This document shows positions 55,857 to 60,971 of a DNA stretch of 60,971 nucleotides, piece by piece (positions within the stretch are counted from its first letter, which is position 1; each line of letters begins with the position of its first letter). The notes beneath the pieces are model-generated. The model made no database searches and was not told where the DNA came from. It worked only from the letters and a program-made list of their open reading frames with translations. Source of the stretch: a virus (lineage: Duplodnaviria; Caudoviricetes); IMG/VR virus record IMGVR_UViG_3300007735_000770, positions 1 to 60,971 of that record. One strand, written 5' to 3'. A program made the position numbers and the translations under genes.

Positions 55857-56108
55857 TCATGCGGACTCCTTGGTAAACATCGGCTCATGCTCCATCGATC
55901 CGCCCAGTTCAGTCACCACCGCCAATGCTTTGTCGTGGTGCTGCTGGTACTCGTCAATGATCGACTGGAGCGACTGCCCGCTCTGCCCCCACTCAAGCGA
56001 GGCATCTCTCCCTCGTGCCGCTGCTTTTGCGCGGTACAAGTTATCAGCCGCTCTGCCTGCTTCATCTTTTGCCAAGCGGATCAACGCCGCTTTTGTTTCC
56101 TGTGTCAT
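55857..56108 (-). CDS. Hypothetical protein
   Basis: MTQETKAAL..., purine-rich RBS. Confidence 0.6.
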   Translation of the reverse strand: MTQETKAALIRLAKDEAGRAADNLYRAKAAARGRDASLEWGQSGQSLQSIIDEYQQHHDKALAVVTELGGSMEHEPMFTKESA

Positions 56109-57095
56109 ACCCTTCCCTCTCTTCTCCACCCGCTCCCTATACGGTCTGTCACACCGCATAAGCAGCGGTGCTGGTTTTGACGGCCCAGCACCGGCTACTG
56201 AATCGACGGTCTAAAGCGTTCGCTTTACTCGATAGCATCACCTCCCTTCACCTTCATCTCTAACAACTCCTTCACCGCCGCCGCTGCCTCGCCCCAGGCG
56301 GGGCTGTGCGACTCACCGCGATGCACTAAATACTCGGCCAGCCTGTCCCGGTCCTCTATCGCCAGCCTCAGCAGGTAGTCGCGGGTGGCGGCGGTCATGG
56401 CTTTACCGCTTTCAACTCAGCCAGTTCAATACGGCATTGCTCCAGTTCTTCGCCAAGCACCTTCATCGCGTCGCGCCTCGATTGCAACAGTGACCGACTC
56501 TCCAGCGCTTCCCGCACCGCATAATACAAGTCAGAAGCGGCGGACTCATCGGTCGGCACTTTACCCGTTTCCAGTATCCGCATCAGTTCGCGCAATGCTC
56601 TATCTGACAGTCCCATTGGATTCCTCCGCTTCTGGCACCAACGCCGGACGCCTTTTCTGTTCAGCGTAGTACGCCTTCCACAACGCCGTTCTCGCGTCGT
56701 TAATGTCTGGAGGCAGCGCGTCAATCGTAAACCCCCACTCATGACGCAAGCGTCCTAGTTGGTGGATAGCGGCCTCGATGCACTCAAGCCGCGCTTTGTG
56801 GCTGTAGAACACTACATCAGCAGCGTGTACCCCTGTGGTTAAGCTTTTCATCTCATCTCCTCTACGGGCTTTACGCCGCCCGCTGGCGATCCTCCCACCC
56901 CATCTCCCGGCACACCGCCAGCGCGGCCCACAACATATAACCGCTCCCCTGTGCCATCTTCAGCGTCTCCCGTTTGCCATACCACCACGGCATGAAATCG
57001 CCGTGCTTCGACACCGGGCCGTCCATCCACTTCTTCCCCTGGCTTCGCCGTCCGCAGGATACGGCAGCACTCGGCTGTGACGTAGCAGTAGGTCT

Positions 57096-57344
57096 TCATG
57101 CGTGCATACCTCTCACATAATCGACCATCTCCCGGTACTCCCGCGATACCGTTCCAGCCGCAACCATCCGCTCAATATACGCCGCCCGGATCGACCATTG
57201 CGCCTCGCTAATTGATGAGGCATACGCCCTCCTTCCGATCACCTTAACCACACAGTCGGAGTCCTTCGGATCACAGATATCGTAGCCCGCCGTGAGGCCG
57301 ATAACGATGCCTGTCTTGTTGTCGTACAGTCTGTATGTCGTCAT
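57096..57344 (-). CDS. Hypothetical early protein
   Basis: GGAG RBS and ATG. Confidence 0.65.
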   Translation of the reverse strand: MTTYRLYDNKTGIVIGLTAGYDICDPKDSDCVVKVIGRRAYASSISEAQWSIRAAYIERMVAAGTVSREYREMVDYVRGMHA

Positions 57345-57586
57345 TCTCTTCTCCGGTGTCCTTTATCACCGCTGGAAGGCACCCCGCAGGATGCCGCCCA
57401 GTGGCGGGGCTGTCGCCAGCCCGGCCGGACGCCTTAGCGCCTACTCCGTTCTATCTCGTCCTCTTCGGTTATCATCCGTCTCATGCGGCCACCCCTTCCT
57501 TATAGACAACCGCGCCATCGTCGCCGAAGTCTAAGCTCCACGGTCCCTCTGTATGTCTCATCCGTCTCCTTCTCTCTCGTACAGCC

Positions 57587-57634
57587 TAAGCCGTCCGCCC
57601 CTGCCGTCTGTCACCCGGCAGAGAATGCGGCCTA
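57587..57634 (-). promoter_or_regulatory. Early-region hairpin module
   Basis: TAGGCCG..CTCTGCCG-loop-CGGCAGGG..CGGCTTA; 70-nt gap. Confidence 0.7.
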
Positions 57635-57800
57635 GCGCGAGTAGTAGTACCACCGACCGCCGTACATGCGCCTGTAGTGCCGTGGATCTGACAACCCACC
57701 ACCACGATAAAACGCGGCCTTCGTTATCCTCATCGGTACTCCCTCCACGCCCACCACAACGCCAGCACGCCCAGCGCCCAGATGAACAAATACGCTACGC

Positions 57801-57974
57801 TCATACCTTTACCCTCCGCTTAATCACCTTGCAAGCCGCTTCCGGCTGATTGGCGCGGTATTCCTTCAATCGCGCCCTGGCATCCTTCCACGTGTCCTCA
57901 TAGCACACTTCCTCCCACTGGCCCCAGTACTGCCATATCTGGTATTCGTCGCGGGTTTTGCGTTGGTAGGCCAT
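57801..57974 (-). CDS. Small early protein (not in the ORF track)
   Basis: MAYQRKTRDEYQIWQYWGQWEEVCYE..LKEYRANQP; TAATG overlap. Confidence 0.7.
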   Translation of the reverse strand: MAYQRKTRDEYQIWQYWGQWEEVCYEDTWKDARARLKEYRANQPEAACKVIKRRVKV

Positions 57975-58291
57975 TAGATCACCCCCATAACGCCGTACCC
58001 CTGCTTTTCAAGCCACGCATAGACCGACTCGCGGCCAGCATCGGGACAGTCACCCCCAAACACCTCGGACAACGCTTGCGAGAGCTTATCGTAGCCGTAG
58101 CCGCCCGCCTTTGCTGTCTTCTTGGGCATGTCCTTCAACGGTCCATCCCAAATCCCAACGGTAGCCGTACAAACGCTACCCATCGGGTTGTCGCTCCAAT
58201 TAGCGACGATGCGCCCGGCGAATTTGCCGTCAAACGTCAACGCTACCGCTGTAACGCTCTTAACGTGTGCCATATCGTATGCAGTCTTCAT
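57974..58291 (-). CDS. Hypothetical early protein
   Basis: AGGYGYDKLSQAL; strong RBS. Confidence 0.8.
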   Translation of the reverse strand: MKTAYDMAHVKSVTAVALTFDGKFAGRIVANWSDNPMGSVCTATVGIWDGPLKDMPKKTAKAGGYGYDKLSQALSEVFGGDCPDAGRESVYAWLEKQGYGVMGVI

Positions 58292-58313
58292 ATCTCTCCT
58301 CTTTTCTGGGCCG

Positions 58314-58363
58314 GAATCCGCCCCCCCAGACCTACCGCGCGGGTAGGGCTGAGGCGGGGACTA
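58314..58363 (-). promoter_or_regulatory. Early-region hairpin module
   Basis: TAGTCC..CCTACC-loop-GGTAGG..GGATTC; 69-nt gap. Confidence 0.75.
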
Positions 58364-58642
58364 GCGGACCTCAAAAAACTTCGCGTTCCCTTCGACGTAG
58401 CGGAAACCACCGCCAGTGGCGCGAATCCGTTCATGGGTGCCGTACCGCTCAGAGTGGACGGTGATAGATTCCACTTTCAACCCGTGAATAGCCGGGTGAT
58501 ACTTCCCCTTGGAGTCTGTGAACGCCGCGTAGGTGACGGTATCGCCTACGCTAATGCCGTTTTCGGATGTGGTAACTTCGCGGGTTCCTTTGAAATGGCT
58601 ATGAATGCCGTTGCAGGTGACTGAATGTAGTTCTGTGAACAT
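58361..58642 (-). CDS. Hypothetical early protein
   Basis: RBS and ATG, TAG stop. Confidence 0.75.
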   Translation of the reverse strand: MFTELHSVTCNGIHSHFKGTREVTTSENGISVGDTVTYAAFTDSKGKYHPAIHGLKVESITVHSERYGTHERIRATGGGFRYVEGNAKFFEVR

Positions 58643-58655
58643 GGTTTTCTCTTTC

Positions 58656-58949
58656 CTACGCTATCCCTACCGCCGCCCGCGATTCCTCAACCCGTTGCCG
58701 ATATGAGGAATACTCTCCGACCTCATGAGGCTCGGCACATTGGTGCCAGTACCGCCCGTCCACCTTCGTTGATCGGTACAGTACCCCATGGGCATTGATA
58801 CCGCCGATCCGCTCGCCTTTCAGGTTGTAGAGCAATACCCCGTTAGCATTGCGTTTGTACCATCCAACGGCGGTACCGCCCGTCTGGAATAGCGTATCGG
58901 TTACCGTACGTTTCCCGTTGGCAAATTTCTTGCCGTTCAATATCAACAT
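58656..58949 (-). CDS. Hypothetical early protein
   Basis: GAGGA RBS and ATG. Confidence 0.75.
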   Translation of the reverse strand: MLILNGKKFANGKRTVTDTLFQTGGTAVGWYKRNANGVLLYNLKGERIGGINAHGVLYRSTKVDGRYWHQCAEPHEVGEYSSYRQRVEESRAAVGIA

Positions 58950-58970
58950 GGTTTCCTCTTTTCCAAGCCG

Positions 58971-59021
58971 TAATCCGACTCCCCCAAGCCACTCTAAGGA
59001 ATGACGTGGGAGCGCGGACTA
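58971..59021 (-). promoter_or_regulatory. Early-region hairpin module
   Basis: TAGTCCG..GTCATTC-CTTA-GAGTGGC..CGGATTA; 69-nt gap. Confidence 0.75.
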
Positions 59022-59219
59022 ATAGCTCCTGTTAATCACCATGCGGCCCTGATGGTATAGCACCCACCACGCGCCATGCTTCACAGCGTTATAGTGGTGC
59101 ATCTGAGAACCGGATACCCCTCCCATATCGTCATAGACCCACGCGATAGCATCGCGTTTTGTGGGGAAGATTGAAACCCGTTCCCGCATGTTGGCGCTTG
59201 CTTGTTCCCTGGTTATCAT
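59019..59219 (-). CDS. Hypothetical early protein
   Basis: AAGGGGG RBS and ATG. Confidence 0.65.
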   Translation of the reverse strand: MITREQASANMRERVSIFPTKRDAIAWVYDDMGGVSGSQMHHYNAVKHGAWWVLYHQGRMVINRSY

Positions 59220-59228
59220 CGTTCCCCC

Positions 59229-59741
59229 TTATGCAATCAAATCATTAGGACAGTGCAGCATGTTCGCAGCATATCCCCAGTCACCCCGCATTGCCCCCAT
59301 GAGCGACCGCCAGTCGGTCACGGTATGCGAGTGCTTACGGAAATACGCAACACGTTCGCGCATGTCGTAGCAGTCGCGCCATACCGTCTCGCATTCCTCA
59401 TCTTCGAGCTGTGAAAACAGGTCTTCATCCAATACTGGATAGTCATCCAGCCGCGCCAACGCTTTATCGGCTACTTCGAGCGCGGCCGTGTTGGATTCGT
59501 GAATAGCAATCCACTCCACCCAACCAACGGCCCAATGGGACTCGCGGACTACCTGCAAACCGAATTCGTCACCTGCCTCAACTTCAGGACACTCCTTTAA
59601 TAGCGTTAACATCGCTTGGAAGTTGGCACGTTCCAAGGCGTCAGAGTCGCGCGATTGGCCAACACCCGCGCTATACCAGTCTTCCCACGTTGCGCCCATG
59701 TAGTACTGCGGGCGAGTCCATTTTTGAATGTGAGTATGCAT
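59229..59741 (-). CDS. Hypothetical early protein
   Basis: SRDSDALERANF, HWAVGWVEW, LDDYPVLDED. Confidence 0.8.
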   Translation of the reverse strand: MHTHIQKWTRPQYYMGATWEDWYSAGVGQSRDSDALERANFQAMLTLLKECPEVEAGDEFGLQVVRESHWAVGWVEWIAIHESNTAALEVADKALARLDDYPVLDEDLFSQLEDEECETVWRDCYDMRERVAYFRKHSHTVTDWRSLMGAMRGDWGYAANMLHCPNDLIA

Positions 59742-59772
59742 TGTCTCTCCTTTATCGGTAGGCTAATCGCCA

Positions 59773-59816
59773 TCCCCCATGCCCACTATCGCTAATGGGA
59801 CAGGGGGAGGGGACTA
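59773..59816 (-). repeat. 44-bp exact direct repeat (hairpin module), copy 1
   Basis: tcccccatgcccactatcgctaatgggacagggggaggggacta is identical to 60219-60262. Confidence 0.95.
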
Positions 59817-60188
59817 GTACGCTTTATTCGTACCCTTCCAGAAATGCTTCCCATCGGAAATGAGCGATCCATCCCCATCGGGAAATAGCGCGCGCCACTC
59901 CTCAAACTTTGCGTAGTACTTGCCGTCTGGACCCAACATCCGGTACTCCAGATGTTGATATATACTCATGTTCCCCGGACCATAGAACAGGTGCGTATTG
60001 ATAGCCCGCACGGCGTGACGGCGGAACATCGGCAATCGCTTAAAATCGATTGAAGCGGACAGTTTATCCCACGCGATCATGACTTCAGCATGGGTCCATT
60101 TGCAGACCACGGCGGTCTGATAGTTTTCCCGCACGCTGGCTATGCATCGCGCCTCTCGTTCGGTATCGCGGTCTAGTTTGGTTCGCAT
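59814..60188 (-). CDS. Hypothetical early protein flanked by identical repeats
   Basis: AAGGAG RBS and ATG. Confidence 0.75.
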   Translation of the reverse strand: MRTKLDRDTEREARCIASVRENYQTAVVCKWTHAEVMIAWDKLSASIDFKRLPMFRRHAVRAINTHLFYGPGNMSIYQHLEYRMLGPDGKYYAKFEEWRALFPDGDGSLISDGKHFWKGTNKAY

Positions 60189-60218
60189 CTCATCTCTCCT
60201 TCTGTCGCGGTAATCCGC

Positions 60219-60262
60219 TCCCCCATGCCCACTATCGCTAATGGGACAGGGGGAGGGGACTA
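60219..60262 (-). repeat. 44-bp exact direct repeat (hairpin module), copy 2
   Basis: Identical to 59773-59816. Confidence 0.95.
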
Positions 60263-60703
60263 CTCCTGATTTGCCGCAATAACAGCCGCGATAACCGAAT
60301 CAGTGGCGAACGCGGACGCCTTCACGCAGAAACAATCCAGCGTTTCACTTGCAAATGGTTCGCTGGCGTTGCCAAGGTAATAGATTCCCTCATACTCCGG
60401 GAATCCATCGTCACTAACGCCTACTTGGTAGTCTTTCATATCTTCCTCTGAACACAAAAGCGAGTCGAGCTTGCCACGGTCGCACGCCTCATCTAGCGCG
60501 TCCTGTTCACTGTATGCGTAGTACTCCGCGAAGACAATCGCTAGCACATAGCCAGCATTGTGGATCACCCATGCGCGGTCCATGCGCGCATCGCTTCCGT
60601 CAAACTCGCCACTATCGGCGTTGACGAAGTCTTCAGGCGAGTACCGAAACTCGAAATTGTCGCGCGTGATAACGCGGTCGGTCGTGTTTACCTTGGTCAT
60701 CAT
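60260..60703 (-). CDS. Acidic hypothetical early protein
   Basis: EQDALDEA.D, YLGNASEPF; AAGGAG RBS. Confidence 0.8.
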   Translation of the reverse strand: MMTKVNTTDRVITRDNFEFRYSPEDFVNADSGEFDGSDARMDRAWVIHNAGYVLAIVFAEYYAYSEQDALDEACDRGKLDSLLCSEEDMKDYQVGVSDDGFPEYEGIYYLGNASEPFASETLDCFCVKASAFATDSVIAAVIAANQE

Positions 60704-60720
60704 TCTCTCCTTATCGCGCG

Positions 60721-60971
60721 TTAGCGCGTCACTTCCGTCTGTAGTGCATTGGCAAACACTTCCCCGATATACGATTTGATATCGTTCCGATTCCTGCCAC
60801 TAACGCGGATGTTGAATCCGCCAATAAAAGATGGCGTGATCGTAACGGTATGCTCTGTCCAACCATCGTAGTATCCGTGTTCGTTCATGTGGTGATACGA
60901 GGTAGTAAACACCAGTTTTTCGGCGTGCGATGTGTCGAAGTCAAAATACGTGCCGTTGTCGAATCCGCTGC
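60721..60971 (-). CDS. 3' part of the gene spanning the circular join
   Basis: In frame with the ORF starting at 263. Confidence 0.85.
   Translation of the reverse strand, partial: SGFDNGTYFDFDTSHAEKLVFTTSYHHMNEHGYYDGWTEHTVTITPSFIGGFNIRVSGRNRNDIKSYIGEVFANALQTEVTR
60845..60971. repeat. Terminal direct repeat, copy 2
   Basis: Identical to 1-127. Confidence 0.95.

Noticed and set aside
58292-59021. Amber readthrough (PYLIS-like) fusing early genes, or genome-wide TAG recoding
   Set aside because: Only two of six modules are in frame and open to the next gene, each downstream gene has its own SD, long genes are not interrupted by TAG, and no suppressor tRNA was seen
57562-60262. Hairpin modules as a CRISPR array or a canonical integron
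   Set aside because: The intervening units are whole genes and no cas genes are present; RYYYAAC/GTTRRRY attC cores are absent; the integrase lacks the IntI-specific insertion; pairing favours the sense strand
1-60971. HIP1 (GCGATCGC) enrichment implying a cyanobacterial host
   Set aside because: CGATCG looks common but only a few full octamers were noticed; this cannot be supported without counting

Overview
The window is an apparently complete, circularly assembled dsDNA tailed-phage genome. The unit length is 60,844 bp: bases 1-127 repeat at 60845-60971, and one gene reads through the join. Layout: (i) a minus-strand early region of many small genes from about 800, across the join, down to about 51 kb, ending in a compact sigma factor, a tyrosine recombinase and a membrane-anchored PAS protein; (ii) an isolated small-terminase-like gene and a non-coding terminus/origin-like region at 0.9-2.3 kb; (iii) minus-strand replication, recombination and accessory genes at 2.3-19.9 kb, including a prim-pol/SF3 helicase, SF2 helicase, VRR-NUC, PAPS-reductase-like, TGT/DpdA-like, GH73 lysozyme, RecT-like and SSB-like genes, interrupted by a plus-strand beta-helix gene with a signal peptide; (iv) a plus-strand podovirus-type virion module at 20-51 kb with an intein-containing TerL, portal, GroES-like protein, scaffold, capsid, two HNH insertions, tail proteins, ejection proteins and an LPD38-like polyvalent protein. 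The most striking unexplained structure is a set of six 69-72 nt intergenic modules in the early region. Each starts at a TAG stop, folds into a long bulged hairpin and ends in a ribosome-binding site, which makes the region look like a cassette array. Other leads are the stand-alone membrane PAS protein, an HNH insertion that appears to force an ATC start on a tail gene, a shared xxxGG motif in ejection proteins and a pseudoknot over an RBS. All function calls are motif recognition by eye; no database searches were run.
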